Below are positions 1 to 9,503 of a stretch of 53,070 nt of DNA, in pieces (position 1 is the first letter of the stretch; each line of letters opens with the position of its first letter). A model generated the notes under the pieces. That model had not been told where the DNA came from. It saw nothing but the letters and a program-made list of their open reading frames with translations, and ran no database searches. The DNA lies in contig JBEGRY010000001.1 in assembly GCA_041180265.1 (NCBI GenBank), positions 1 to 53,070 of the forward strand, read 5' to 3'. The position numbers and the translations under genes were made by a program. This DNA is from Actinomycetota bacterium. GTDB lineage: Bacteria; Actinomycetota; Actinomycetes; Actinomycetales; Microbacteriaceae.

Positions 1-1
1 T

Positions 2-433
2 GCAACAAACTTCAAAATGTCGCTAAACCAGGTGCTTACATCTATGCAAATTCTGCTACTTGTTGGCCCAGTGATTGCCTACTGGCTAACCAAGCGCACC
101 TGTCTGTCACTGCAGCGCAAGGATCGCGAGATTGCACTTCACGGTCGCGAGACCGGTCGCATCGTTCGCATGCCACACGGTGAGTACATTGAGGTTCATG
201 AGCCGCTAGACAAATACGAGCTATACAAGTTGGTTGACTTCAAGGATTACCAGCCAACACTTGCTCGACCAAACGCACAGGGCAAGATCACACTTCGTGC
301 TCGCCTACGCGCTGCTTTGTCTCGCTTCTACTTCGAAGACCGAATTGCTCCGGCTACCCAGACCGAAATCGACGAGGCGCACAGCCACGCGGCTCACGCT
401 GTTGAAGGTTCGGAGCAGCCAGCGGTTCACTAA
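2..433 (+). CDS. qcrB: cytochrome bc1 complex cytochrome b subunit, C-terminal part (truncated by window edge)
   Basis: Frame is open from base 2. Contains the actinobacterial QcrB C-terminal signature CLSLQRKDRE..LHGRETGRIVRMPHGEYIEVHEPL and converges on the cta genes. Confidence 0.92.
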   Translation, partial: ATNFKMSLNQVLTSMQILLLVGPVIAYWLTKRTCLSLQRKDREIALHGRETGRIVRMPHGEYIEVHEPLDKYELYKLVDFKDYQPTLARPNAQGKITLRARLRAALSRFYFEDRIAPATQTEIDEAHSHAAHAVEGSEQPAVH

Positions 434-448
434 ACAAATCACTAAAAG

Positions 449-477
449 ACCGGCATTCAATCGAGTGCCGGTTTTTT
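449..477 (+). terminator. intrinsic terminator after qcrB
   Basis: ACCGGCATTC-aatc-GAGTGCCGGT 10-bp stem (one G-U pair) followed by a T tract. Confidence 0.85.
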
Positions 478-487
478 ATTTAGCACT

Positions 488-493
488 TAGGCT
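488..493 (+). promoter_or_regulatory. -10 element (TAGGCT) of a probable leaderless promoter
   Basis: TANNNT hexamer 6 nt before ATG 500, with no strong SD sequence. Confidence 0.6.
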
Positions 494-499
494 GGATAC

Positions 500-799
500 A
501 TGATTTGCGCATCATTCGTGTTTCAACAGCACACGACCAATAGCGACTTCACCGAACTTGACGATGAAATCATGGCTCGGGCTAGTGCCAACCCGGGGTT
601 TGTGCGCAAAGACAAGTGGCTCTCACCCGACGGTAAAACCATCAAGGTTGACTATTACTTCAATGATACCGCCTCGCTTGCCGAATTCAGAAAAGACCCG
701 GTACACCTGCAGGCTAAACGGCGCTACCAGGAATGGTACGTGGGCTACCGCGTCGAAATCAGCGAAATTACCCACGCCCACAGCGATGGCAAGCTCTGA
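500..799 (+). CDS. antibiotic biosynthesis monooxygenase (ABM)/HmoA-like dimeric alpha-beta barrel protein
   Basis: 99 aa with the PGF...W...DG...V.Y...SL..F..DPVH..AK....WY..YRVEI pattern typical of ABM-family proteins. Confidence 0.75.
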   Translation: MICASFVFQQHTTNSDFTELDDEIMARASANPGFVRKDKWLSPDGKTIKVDYYFNDTASLAEFRKDPVHLQAKRRYQEWYVGYRVEISEITHAHSDGKL

Positions 800-1146
800 T
801 GCGTGAGCTTGACCCAGCGGCAAACCACGCCGACATGTATGTAAACAACTACAGCCGTGAAGAGAATCAAAAATTCACTGCTCAGTTCGGTGCTATCACT
901 GAGAAGTTTCGTGAAGCAATGCAGGCAGGCACACACGCGAGCGACCCACTGGTGCAAGACCTGGTTCGCCAACACTATGATTTCTGTCTTCAGTTCTGGA
1001 CACCAACCAAGGCTACCTACAAGTCGCTGGCCATGGGCTACATCATGCCGTCGCCCTACCGCGATGCTTACGAGAACGCGGCGCAGGGGCTAGCCAAGTA
1101 TCACTACGACGCGATTTTAATTTGGGCTGACCAAAATCTTAAATAA
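799..1146 (+). CDS. stand-alone TipAS antibiotic-recognition domain protein
   Basis: ATG 799 overlaps the upstream TGA (TGATG). SDPLVQDLVRQHY..C..FW.P....Y..LA..Y.....Y...YE...GLAKY..DAI..WA resembles the TipAS domain. No MerR HTH is present. Confidence 0.72.
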   Translation: MRELDPAANHADMYVNNYSREENQKFTAQFGAITEKFREAMQAGTHASDPLVQDLVRQHYDFCLQFWTPTKATYKSLAMGYIMPSPYRDAYENAAQGLAKYHYDAILIWADQNLK

Positions 1147-1179
1147 AGAATCCCGCCAATTTCTCGGCGGGATTCTTTA
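1144..1179. terminator. bidirectional terminator between the TipAS gene and ctaF
   Basis: Perfect 14-bp inverted repeat TAAAGAATCCCGCC / GGCGGGATTCTTTA with an 8-nt loop, between convergent genes. Confidence 0.88.
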
Positions 1180-1186
1180 GAAGTAA

Positions 1187-1603
1187 TTAGTGTGCGAAGC
1201 GTCCGCGGCTGTGCTCGAAAACAAATCCAATAAGAGCAACTAGCGCTAGCGGGAACCCGATGAAAAACAACCACCAACCTACAGCAAGTGCTGCAAAGCA
1301 GATGGAACCAAATAGGCCTAGGAAGAACGGCCACCAGCTCCAAGGAGCAAAGAAACCAACTTCGGCATCGCCGTCTTCGATATTTGCGTGGGTGTTGTCT
1401 TCAGGAAGGTTGCCCTGACGGCGCGCGGTGTTCTTTAGGTAGAACGCAAGGAACAACGACATGAAGCCAAGCATGGCGATAGCCGCGGTGCCGATTGGTT
1501 CATAACCACCGTTGTAAGAGTTTGCATACCAAATGGCATAAGCGGCAGCGTCAACAAAGTAGAATACGGTCAGCAAGTAGAAAAGGTTTGCATTGAACTT
1601 CAT
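1187..1603 (-). CDS. ctaF: cytochrome c oxidase subunit 4 (actinobacterial)
   Basis: PED...A.I.DG...VGFFAPWSWWP motif, hydrophobic, directly downstream of ctaD. Confidence 0.93.
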   Translation of the reverse strand: MKFNANLFYLLTVFYFVDAAAYAIWYANSYNGGYEPIGTAAIAMLGFMSLFLAFYLKNTARRQGNLPEDNTHANIEDGDAEVGFFAPWSWWPFFLGLFGSICFAALAVGWWLFFIGFPLALVALIGFVFEHSRGRFAH

Positions 1604-1608
1604 GGTGC

Positions 1609-3282
1609 TTAGCCCTTCTTTGCTGAGGCCTTAGCCTCTGGTGCTGCGAACTCTGGGTGGTTCAAGTCGAAAGCCGGAGATTCTGAACGAACTCGTGGAA
1701 TCGAAGTGAAGTTGTGACGTGGGAACGGTGTTGCTGTCGCCCACTCAAGTGAACGTCCGTAACCCCATGGGTCGTTAAGAGTTGTGCGCTCACCCTTGCG
1801 AGCAGTGATGTAGACATTCCACAGGAACGGAATGATCGAGATTGCAAGAAGTGCGGCACCAACGGTTGATACCTGGTTCATCCAAGTGAAACCGTCTTCA
1901 GGTAGGTAGGTCGCGTAGCGACGTGGCATACCGATGACACCCAACCAGTGCTGAATCAAGAATGTGGTGTGGAAACCAATGAACAGAATCCAGAACTGAA
2001 TCTTGCCTAGACGTTCGTTCAGCATCTTTCCGGTCATCTTTGGGTACCAGAAGTAAATACCTGCGAACATCGCGAACACCACTGTTCCGAAGATTACGTA
2101 GTGGAAGTGCGCAACCACGAAGTAGCTGTCTGAAAGTGAGAAGTCCAAAACCGGCGAAGCCAAAATCACACCGGTAAGACCACCGAAGATGAACGTGGTC
2201 AAGAAGCCAATTGCGTAAAGCATTGGAGTCTCAAAGCTAATTGAGCCCTTCCACATGGTTCCGATCCAGTTGAACACCTTCACGCCGGTAGGCACCGCAA
2301 TCAACATTGTGGTGAACGCGAAGTAAGGCAGAAGTACCGAACCGGTCACGTACATGTGGTGTGCCCACACGGTCATTGAAAGCGCAGCAATCGAGATGGT
2401 TGCGTAGACCAAAGTCTTGTAACCGAAGATCGGCTTGCGGCTAAATACCGGGAAGATCTCCGAAATGATTCCGAAGAACGGCAAGGCCAAGATGTATACC
2501 TCTGGGTGACCGAAGAACCAGAACAAGTGCTGGAACAACATTGGACCACCGTTTGCTGGGTCAAAGATGTGTGCACCGAAGCGACGGTCTGCACCAAGTG
2601 CGAACAGCGCTGCTGCTAGTGGAGGGAAACACATGATTACCAAAATCGAAGTGACCAGTGTGTTCCAAGTGAAGATTGGTAGACGGAACATGGTCATGCC
2701 AGGAGCACGCATAGTCAAGATCGTGGTGATGAAGTTAACACCACCCATGATGGTTCCGAAACCACCAAGTGCAAGACCAAATACCCACAGGTCACCACCA
2801 ATGCCTGGTGAGAATGTGCTGTTTGATAGTGGCACATAAGCGAACCAACCGAAGCTGGCAGCACCCTGCGGAGTAAAGAATCCGGCAACCGCGACTGCAG
2901 AACCGAAGAAGTAGAACCAATATGCGATTGCGTTCAAACGTGGGAACGCAACGTCAGGCGCACCGATCTGAATCGGCATCAGAATATTTGCAAACGCAGC
3001 AAACAGTGGAGTTGCAAACATCAGCAACATGATGGTGCCGTGCATGGTGAACAACTGGTTGTACTGCTCTTTGGTTTGAACGATTTCAAGACCTGGTGCG
3101 GTTAGCTGGGCACGAATGACCAGAGCCATCACACCACCGATCAAGAAATACAAGAACGAGGTGATCAGGTATAGGTAACCGATCTTCTTGTGGTCTGTGG
3201 TGGTTAGCCAATCAACAAGAATCTGACCCTTAGTTTTTTTAGATACACCAAAGGCTGACTTGGTAGCTGTAGCGGTTGCCAT
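1609..3282 (-). CDS. ctaD: cytochrome c oxidase subunit I (aa3 type)
   Basis: [23 protein letters not shown] and VAHFHY heme/CuB ligand motifs. Confidence 0.98.
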   Translation of the reverse strand: MATATATKSAFGVSKKTKGQILVDWLTTTDHKKIGYLYLITSFLYFLIGGVMALVIRAQLTAPGLEIVQTKEQYNQLFTMHGTIMLLMFATPLFAAFANILMPIQIGAPDVAFPRLNAIAYWFYFFGSAVAVAGFFTPQGAASFGWFAYVPLSNSTFSPGIGGDLWVFGLALGGFGTIMGGVNFITTILTMRAPGMTMFRLPIFTWNTLVTSILVIMCFPPLAAALFALGADRRFGAHIFDPANGGPMLFQHLFWFFGHPEVYILALPFFGIISEIFPVFSRKPIFGYKTLVYATISIAALSMTVWAHHMYVTGSVLLPYFAFTTMLIAVPTGVKVFNWIGTMWKGSISFETPMLYAIGFLTTFIFGGLTGVILASPVLDFSLSDSYFVVAHFHYVIFGTVVFAMFAGIYFWYPKMTGKMLNERLGKIQFWILFIGFHTTFLIQHWLGVIGMPRRYATYLPEDGFTWMNQVSTVGAALLAISIIPFLWNVYITARKGERTTLNDPWGYGRSLEWATATPFPRHNFTSIPRVRSESPAFDLNHPEFAAPEAKASAKKG

Positions 3283-3287
3283 TTTGC

Positions 3288-4145
3288 TTATCCTCTGATC
3301 TCTGGGTTGTCACCAGGAAGGTTTTGGTTTCTGTCGTACTTGTTGTCGAGCTGACCAACATTGCCGGCATTGGCAAGTTCTTGCATGCGCGCGTCATACT
3401 CGGCCTGAGAAACGACCTTTACGTTAAAGAGCATCATCGAGTGATACTCGCCACACAGTTCGGCACACTTACCTTTGTAAGTTCCTTCGACCTGCGGAGT
3501 GAAGTACATGTGGTTGGTGCGACCCGGGAACATGTCTTTCTTATACAAGAAATCGATTACCCAGAAAGAGTGAATTACGTCGCGAGACGAAAGATCAATC
3601 TGCACGCTCTTGCCTACTGGCAAGTACAAAGTTGGCAACGTTGCCTCTGAGCCTTCTTGGCCCTTGAAGTTTGACTGAATGCCTGAGTCATAAACGTTTG
3701 CGTTTACGTAGTTAAAGTCCCAGCTCCACTGCTTTCCGATTACCTGGATCTTGACATCTGGATTTTCAATCGGCTTTTCGATTGCGGCCATGTCACGCGC
3801 GGTGAAAGCAAAGAATCCAATCACCAGGATGAATGGCACCACGGTGAACAGAGTCTCGATTGGGTTGTTGTAACGAAGCTGCGGAGGCAGGTGGTTGTCG
3901 CCCTGGCGGCGGCGGTAGACGATAATCGCCCAGAACATCAGACCCCAGGCAATGAGTCCCACTCCCCAAAGCACGGTCCATGAGGTGACCCAAAGTCCGG
4001 TAATTCGGTCGGTGTGATTGGTCACCCCAGCCACGCCAGGCAGCAAGCCTCGCTCGAATTCCTGTGGAGTACAGCCACTCAGAAGCAGCATTACGGTTGC
4101 CGCGGCAGGCAACGCAGCCCACTTAGCGCTCAGCTTTTTTAGCAC
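3288..4145 (-). CDS. ctaC: cytochrome c oxidase subunit II (lipoprotein)
   Basis: Lipobox LLLSGC, DVIHSFW and the CuA motif [12 protein letters not shown]. Confidence 0.96.
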   Translation of the reverse strand: MLKKLSAKWAALPAAATVMLLLSGCTPQEFERGLLPGVAGVTNHTDRITGLWVTSWTVLWGVGLIAWGLMFWAIIVYRRRQGDNHLPPQLRYNNPIETLFTVVPFILVIGFFAFTARDMAAIEKPIENPDVKIQVIGKQWSWDFNYVNANVYDSGIQSNFKGQEGSEATLPTLYLPVGKSVQIDLSSRDVIHSFWVIDFLYKKDMFPGRTNHMYFTPQVEGTYKGKCAELCGEYHSMMLFNVKVVSQAEYDARMQELANAGNVGQLDNKYDRNQNLPGDNPEIRG

Positions 4146-4244
4146 ACTCGACCCTTCAAATATCGAATCGTTACGTTTCTATCCTACGCCCGCGTTTTCC
4201 GGAAAAGTGCCATAAAACGCCGATTTTATGCGGTTTTTGACACG

Positions 4245-4275
4245 AAAAAGCCGGGCAAAATTGCTTCTGCCCGGC
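4245..4275 (-). terminator. intrinsic terminator after erpA
   Basis: GCCGGGCA / TGCCCGGC stem followed by TTTTT on the minus strand. Confidence 0.75.
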
Positions 4276-4299
4276 CCTTTATAAAAAAGTCTTCTATTT

Positions 4300-4641
4300 T
4301 TAGCTGAATGAGTCTCCGCAGGCACAAGTGCCGGCAGCATTCGGGTTGTCGATGGTGAAACCCTGCTTTTGGATCGTGTCTTCGAAGTCAATCGAAGCGC
4401 CATCTAGGTAAGGCACGCTCATCTTGTCGACCACGACCTCTACCCCGTCAAAATCGGTGATTTTGTCGTCATCGGCAAGCATTTCGTCGAAATAAAGCTG
4501 GTAAATCAGGCCAGAACAACCACCTGGCTGAACCGCCACGCGAAGGCGAAGGTCATCGCGGCCCTCGGCCTCAATAAGTGCTCGAACCTTGGCCTGAGCC
4601 TGCTCGGTAAGTGAAATACCGTTTTCAATGATTTGGGTCAT
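4300..4641 (-). CDS. erpA: iron-sulfur cluster insertion protein, HesB/IscA/ErpA family
   Basis: GGCSG and C-terminal CACGDSF motifs. Confidence 0.93.
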   Translation of the reverse strand: MTQIIENGISLTEQAQAKVRALIEAEGRDDLRLRVAVQPGGCSGLIYQLYFDEMLADDDKITDFDGVEVVVDKMSVPYLDGASIDFEDTIQKQGFTIDNPNAAGTCACGDSFS

Positions 4642-4654
4642 AGTTAAGAATAAC

Positions 4655-6046
4655 TCAAGGCTGCGAAATTGAATTCCCAGACAGCAAAAGTAGGGCTTCG
4701 GCCACCATGGCTTTTTGCAGCATGGCCAGGTCTACCGACTCGTTAGGGCTGTGGGCCCTGGAATCCGGGTCTTCTACCCCGGTCACCAGGATCTGAGCCT
4801 GCGGATAGACCTCGGTCAAGTCGGCGATGAAAGGAATCGAGCCGCCAATGCCGATATTGACCGAATCAGTGCCCCAGGCGCTTGAGAGTGCCTGTTGAGC
4901 CGCATTCTTGGCCCAGCCGGAATGGCTGGCAGCAAAGGGCTTGCCCAGCTCGGTCTCTAGATAGCTTATTTTCGCGCCAAATGGCAGGTTTGCCTCGAGG
5001 TGGGCCCGCATCAGTGCCAGGGCCTGGCCTGGGTCTTGGCCCGGTGCAATGCGCAGGCTGAGCTTGGCCTTGACCGACGGCAACAGCGTGTTTGAGCTCA
5101 TGGCCACGGACTGGCCGTCGATACCAATCACGGTTAGGGCCGGTTTTACCCAAATTCGATCGACGATGGTGCCAGTGCCGATTGGCTGCACCCCCGCTAG
5201 CAAGCCGGCATCGCGGGCCAAATCCGCATCGCTATATGGCAGCGGCTGGGCTGAAGTGCTGAGCAATCCGGCGATGGCTACGTTCCCATCGTCGTCGTGC
5301 AGGGTGGCCAAGAGTTTAACCATGGCCAGCATGGCATCGGGCACGGCACCGCCGTACATTCCGGAATGCAGTGCGTGATCCAGAGTGGAAACCTCGATTA
5401 CCTGCGATACCAAACCACGAAGCGTGGTGGTAAGTGCAGGAATATCGGTGGTCCAGTTTCCGGAATCCGCGACCACGATCACGTCGGCCGCAAGTAGGTC
5501 ACGGTTCTCTTCAAGAAAATTTCTGAAAGTTGGTGAGCCGGCCTCTTCTTCACCCTCGATGAAAATTGATAGCCCTAGGTCGAAATCAGTCCCGGCAATT
5601 TGCTTCAGCATGTTGATTGCTGCAAGGTGAGCAACGATGCCAGCCTTGTCGTCAGCGGCACCGCGACCAAATAAGCGACCATTGATTTCTACGGGTTCAA
5701 AGGGTTCGCTGTTCCAAGCTGATTGATCACCAGGTGGCTGAACATCGTGGTGGGCGTAGAGCAGAATCTGAGGTTTACCGTTTTTTGCGGCACGCCTGGC
5801 CACTACGGCCGGTGCGCCAGCTTTGCCATTAGCGCTCGAGCGCAAAATTTGCACGCTGTCGAAGACCTGCGTTTCGCTGAATAACTTCGCGACAGCCTGT
5901 GCACTTACCTCTAAATGGTTGGCATCGAAAGCATCCCAGGCAATGCCGGGAATGCGGGCCAGCTCAATTAGTTGCTGTTTAAGTTCGGGAAACAATTTTT
6001 GGATTTCTTGCTTGACCGAATCAGCGAATTCCTGCATGAACTCCAC
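4655..6046 (-). CDS. M20 family dipeptidase (start may be ATG 6037)
   Basis: YAHHDVQP, GRGAADDKAG, EGEEE, HSG, GGSIP and AHSPNE metal-binding motifs. Confidence 0.9.
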   Translation of the reverse strand: MEFMQEFADSVKQEIQKLFPELKQQLIELARIPGIAWDAFDANHLEVSAQAVAKLFSETQVFDSVQILRSSANGKAGAPAVVARRAAKNGKPQILLYAHHDVQPPGDQSAWNSEPFEPVEINGRLFGRGAADDKAGIVAHLAAINMLKQIAGTDFDLGLSIFIEGEEEAGSPTFRNFLEENRDLLAADVIVVADSGNWTTDIPALTTTLRGLVSQVIEVSTLDHALHSGMYGGAVPDAMLAMVKLLATLHDDDGNVAIAGLLSTSAQPLPYSDADLARDAGLLAGVQPIGTGTIVDRIWVKPALTVIGIDGQSVAMSSNTLLPSVKAKLSLRIAPGQDPGQALALMRAHLEANLPFGAKISYLETELGKPFAASHSGWAKNAAQQALSSAWGTDSVNIGIGGSIPFIADLTEVYPQAQILVTGVEDPDSRAHSPNESVDLAMLQKAMVAEALLLLSGNSISQP

Positions 6047-6080
6047 AGTAATCTATTAGCACGTGACCCAAAGGAACCTC

Positions 6081-6626
6081 ATGAGCGAAAACGAATCAAC
6101 CAAGCCTGCCGGTAAAGGCCGCCCGACTCCGAGCCGAAAGACTCAAGAAAAGGCAAACCTACGCCCGCTAGTTGGTGGTTCATCGCCCGAGGAACGTCGT
6201 GCTGCCAAGAATGCCATGAAGGCCGAACGACTAAAGGCTCGCGCTGGCATGATGGCCGGCGACGAAAAGTACCTGACCGCTCGTGACCGTGGGCCACAAA
6301 AGCGTTTCATCCGTGACTTCATCGATTCAAAGTTCTCGCTAGGTGAATTGGTAATGCCCGCGATGATAATGGTGATTTTGCTTTCGGCTATCGAATCATA
6401 TGTTGTTCAGCTAGCCACGCTGCTTACGATGTGGGTGCTGTTTATCGCCGTGGGAATTAACGCCTGGCTAATCGGCCGCAAAGCAAAACGAATGCTGAGC
6501 GCTAAGTATGGTGAATCAAAGTTAGATTCTGGAATCATGATGTACGCCACGATGCGTTCGATTCAAATGCGCGCACTACGCATGCCAAAGCCGCAGGTTA
6601 AGCGCGGCACCAAAATTTCAGCTTAG
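6081..6626 (+). CDS. DUF3043 family membrane protein
   Basis: KGRPTPSRK, GDEKYL.ARDRGPQKRFIRD and R..QMR.LRMPKPQV motifs. AAGGA SD precedes ATG 6081. Confidence 0.88.
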   Translation: MSENESTKPAGKGRPTPSRKTQEKANLRPLVGGSSPEERRAAKNAMKAERLKARAGMMAGDEKYLTARDRGPQKRFIRDFIDSKFSLGELVMPAMIMVILLSAIESYVVQLATLLTMWVLFIAVGINAWLIGRKAKRMLSAKYGESKLDSGIMMYATMRSIQMRALRMPKPQVKRGTKISA

Positions 6627-7637
6627 AAATTTATTGATGCGTCGGGCCCAGAGTGGCCCTTGATAAATCCACCCGCTATAGCCCTGAACCAGCGTGGCCC
6701 CATTTTCTATGCGCTCTCTGGCCTCTGCCCCGGTTTCGATGCCACCGACCGAAATAATGGCAACTCGAGAATTGAGTCGTGCATCTAGCAACCGAAGCAC
6801 CTCAAGTGACCGTTGCTTCAATGGTGCGCCAGATAGACCGCCGGCACCGATTGATGCCACGAGGTTGGCATCGGTCTTCAAACCCTCGCGCGAGATTGTG
6901 GTGTTGGTTGCAATCACGCCGGCAAGTTCAAGATCAAGTGCCAGGTCAGCAACCGCAATTATGTCTTCGTTGGCCAGATCGGGCGCGATCTTTACCAGCA
7001 CCGGTTTGCTACCTGCCTCAGCCAAGACTGCTTTAAGAATTGGTTCAAGGGCTTCAACAGATTGCAGTGAACGAAGACCTGGCGTATTTGGTGATGAAAC
7101 GTTTACCGCAATGTAGTCGGCAACCGGCGCAAGTAGCGCGGCACTCTTGCGATAATCGGCAACCGCATCTTCAACTTCTACGGCGCGAGACTTGCCAATG
7201 TTCACACCGATAACCGGCAATTTGCCTTCATGGCGATGACGAAGACGTTCAAGCCGGGCGGCAACAACTTCTGCGCCTTCGTTGTTAAATCCCATGCGGT
7301 TAATCAGGGCACGGTCGGCAATCAGGCGAAACAGTCTTGGTTTATCGTTGCCCGGTTGAGCCAGCGCGGTCACCGTACCGATCTCTACGTGTGAGAAGCC
7401 CAATTCACCAAGCGCCTTGACGGCAACGGCATTCTTGTCGAAACCGGCAGCCAAACCGAATGGTGCATCGAAGTGCAAGCCAAATGCCTGCACCGAACCC
7501 CGAGCGGTTGATTTGAGCTTGGCCAGCTTGGTGAGACCCACTGCCCCGGCTACGCGAATGCCGAACATCACTAGATGGTGAGCCGCCTCTGGATCCATTC
7601 TTTTGAAAACGAGGTTAAAAATGAATTTATAGAGCAC
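6618..7637 (-). CDS. pyrD: quinone-dependent dihydroorotate dehydrogenase
   Basis: GLAAGFDKN, NRMGFNN, NVSSPNT, VKIAPD and GGLSG motifs. Confidence 0.96.
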   Translation of the reverse strand: MLYKFIFNLVFKRMDPEAAHHLVMFGIRVAGAVGLTKLAKLKSTARGSVQAFGLHFDAPFGLAAGFDKNAVAVKALGELGFSHVEIGTVTALAQPGNDKPRLFRLIADRALINRMGFNNEGAEVVAARLERLRHRHEGKLPVIGVNIGKSRAVEVEDAVADYRKSAALLAPVADYIAVNVSSPNTPGLRSLQSVEALEPILKAVLAEAGSKPVLVKIAPDLANEDIIAVADLALDLELAGVIATNTTISREGLKTDANLVASIGAGGLSGAPLKQRSLEVLRLLDARLNSRVAIISVGGIETGAEARERIENGATLVQGYSGWIYQGPLWARRINKFLS

Positions 7638-7643
7638 TAGAAA

Positions 7644-8123
7644 TTAGTTGCTGTTCTGTTCTTGATCATCATGTTGTTCGTGACTCAATCGAAGAACGTT
7701 GATCGCAGCTTCAAAGTCCTCAAGTGTTTCCCAACCTTGGTAAACGCTGGCGAATCGCATGAAGGCCACCTCATCAAGCTTGCGAAGCGGTTCCAGGATT
7801 GCCAAACCAATATCGTTTGCTTCAATCTGTGCCGAGCCGGTTGCACGCACCGCTTCTTCAACGGTTTGAGCGAGCATGGCTAGATCTGCGTCTGACACCG
7901 GACGACCCTGGCATGCCTTGCGCACACCATTCACAATTTTGTCGCGACTGAATTGCTCGGTTACGCCACTTCGCTTAACCACGGTTAGCGAAGCAGTTTC
8001 GGTGGTGCTGAAACGCATGCCACAGGATGGGCATTGACGGCGGCGGCGGATTGAAGAACCGTCATCTGAAGTACGTGAATCGGTGACTCGAGAATCAGGG
8101 TAACGGCAAAACGGACAGTGCAT
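7644..8123 (-). CDS. nrdR: transcriptional repressor NrdR
   Basis: CPFC...DSR...IRRRRQC..C...F.T.E zinc ribbon plus ATP cone and RFASVY. Confidence 0.97.
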   Translation of the reverse strand: MHCPFCRYPDSRVTDSRTSDDGSSIRRRRQCPSCGMRFSTTETASLTVVKRSGVTEQFSRDKIVNGVRKACQGRPVSDADLAMLAQTVEEAVRATGSAQIEANDIGLAILEPLRKLDEVAFMRFASVYQGWETLEDFEAAINVLRLSHEQHDDQEQNSN

Positions 8124-8148
8124 TTTGCCTCCTAATAGTCGAAAGTCA

Positions 8149-8162
8149 CGAAACTCGGTTCG
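8149..8162. promoter_or_regulatory. LexA/SOS-box-like palindrome upstream of nrdR
   Basis: CGAAA-CTCG-GTTCG matches 9 of 10 positions of CGAAC-N4-GTTCG. It lies just downstream of a minus-strand TAATAT -10 (8170-8175). Confidence 0.45.
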
Positions 8163-8180
8163 TGCCTAAATATTAGTTGA

Positions 8181-9503
8181 CTACCTGTCGAACCGAGCGG
8201 TAATCGCCCTACCGTGCGCCGGCAGACCCTCAGCATTGGCAAAGTCATCGACCAGCTTCGCCACTTGTCGCAATCCGGCAGCTGAATAATCAATTACCTG
8301 CTGAGGTCGCAGAAAACTGTGCACGCCGAGACCTGAGCCGAACTTTGCCTGCTGACCCGTTGGAAGCACGTGACTTGAGCCGGCAAGGTAATCGCCAAGG
8401 CTGACCGGCGAGTAATCGCCCAAGAAAATTGCTCCCGCGTTGGTCACTTTGGCAAGTGCCGCTTGATTATCAACTGTGTGCAGCTCAAGGTGTTCGGTGG
8501 CATAGAAGTTGGCAAATTCGAGTGCAGCGTTCGTGTCATCGACCAACACGATTGCCGATTGTTTACCCTGCAGCGCTTCAGTCACGCGTTCGCGGTGAGC
8601 GGTCTTAGCAACAACATCTTGCAGCTCATTAAGCACGGCATTGGCAAGCTCTTGAGAATCGGTAACCAAAACCGAAGCCGCAGCCTCGTCGTGCTCTGCT
8701 TGGCTCACGAGGTCATACGCAATATATTTGGCATTGGCAGAAGAATCGGCGACGATCAAGATTTCGGTGGTGCCGGCCTCGGAATCGATTCCGATCGTGC
8801 CGCGTAGGTATCGCTTAGCTGCGGCCACATAAATATTTCCCGGTCCGGTAACCAAGGCAACCGGTTCAAACTTAATCTGCGGCAAGCCGTAGGCAAATGC
8901 TGCTATGGCAGCTGGCCCGCCCATGCAATAAACATCCTTAACTCCGAGCATTGCAGCGGTCGCCAAAACCGTTGGGTGTGGGCGCCCGTTGAAATCTTTT
9001 TGCGCCGGTGTGGCAATTGCCAAACGCTGCACGCCGGCAACCTGCGCAGGAACCACATTCATAATCACGCTCGAAGGGTAAACAGCTTTACCACCGGGCA
9101 CGTAAAGTCCAACCGAATCTACCGGTTGCCAACGCTGGTGCACCTGCGCACCGTCAGCCAGGGCCACACTTGTGTTTGCAGGTAAGTTTGCTCGCGAAAC
9201 CTTGAATACGCGATTGATCGACTCTTCGATAGCGCTTTTTAGTTCTGCAGGAATTGTTTCTAGCGCCTCGGCAAGTTCTGCTGCTGAAACTTTCAGTGGA
9301 TTTGGGTCAACCCCATCACGTTCTTTGGTTACTTGCACAACTGCGTCAACCCCACGGGTTCTCACATCTTCAATAAGCGGTGAAATTTGCTTGATCGCAT
9401 CGCTGATATCGACACTGGCTCTGGGCACTTGGGCATTAACCAGTTGATTGGTCAGCGCCTTACCCCGAAGGTCAAGAATGCGCAGATTAACGTTTGCGCT
9501 CAT
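8181..9503 (-). CDS. hisD: histidinol dehydrogenase
   Basis: GLYVPGG, GPGNIYV, SQAEHD, EHLE and GDYLAGSSHVLPT motifs. GGAGG SD precedes ATG 9503. Confidence 0.97.
   Translation of the reverse strand: MSANVNLRILDLRGKALTNQLVNAQVPRASVDISDAIKQISPLIEDVRTRGVDAVVQVTKERDGVDPNPLKVSAAELAEALETIPAELKSAIEESINRVFKVSRANLPANTSVALADGAQVHQRWQPVDSVGLYVPGGKAVYPSSVIMNVVPAQVAGVQRLAIATPAQKDFNGRPHPTVLATAAMLGVKDVYCMGGPAAIAAFAYGLPQIKFEPVALVTGPGNIYVAAAKRYLRGTIGIDSEAGTTEILIVADSSANAKYIAYDLVSQAEHDEAAASVLVTDSQELANAVLNELQDVVAKTAHRERVTEALQGKQSAIVLVDDTNAALEFANFYATEHLELHTVDNQAALAKVTNAGAIFLGDYSPVSLGDYLAGSSHVLPTGQQAKFGSGLGVHSFLRPQQVIDYSAAGLRQVAKLVDDFANAEGLPAHGRAITARFDR

Noticed and set aside
733-798. 5' extension of ORF 733..1146
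   Set aside because: It overlaps the ABM gene out of frame. ATG 799 with the TGATG overlap fits the domain boundary better.
8166-8178. Possible NrdR box (CTAAATATTAG) upstream of nrdR
   Set aside because: The core is one base too long for the NrdR-box palindrome and there is no tandem second box. It is better explained as the -10 element.
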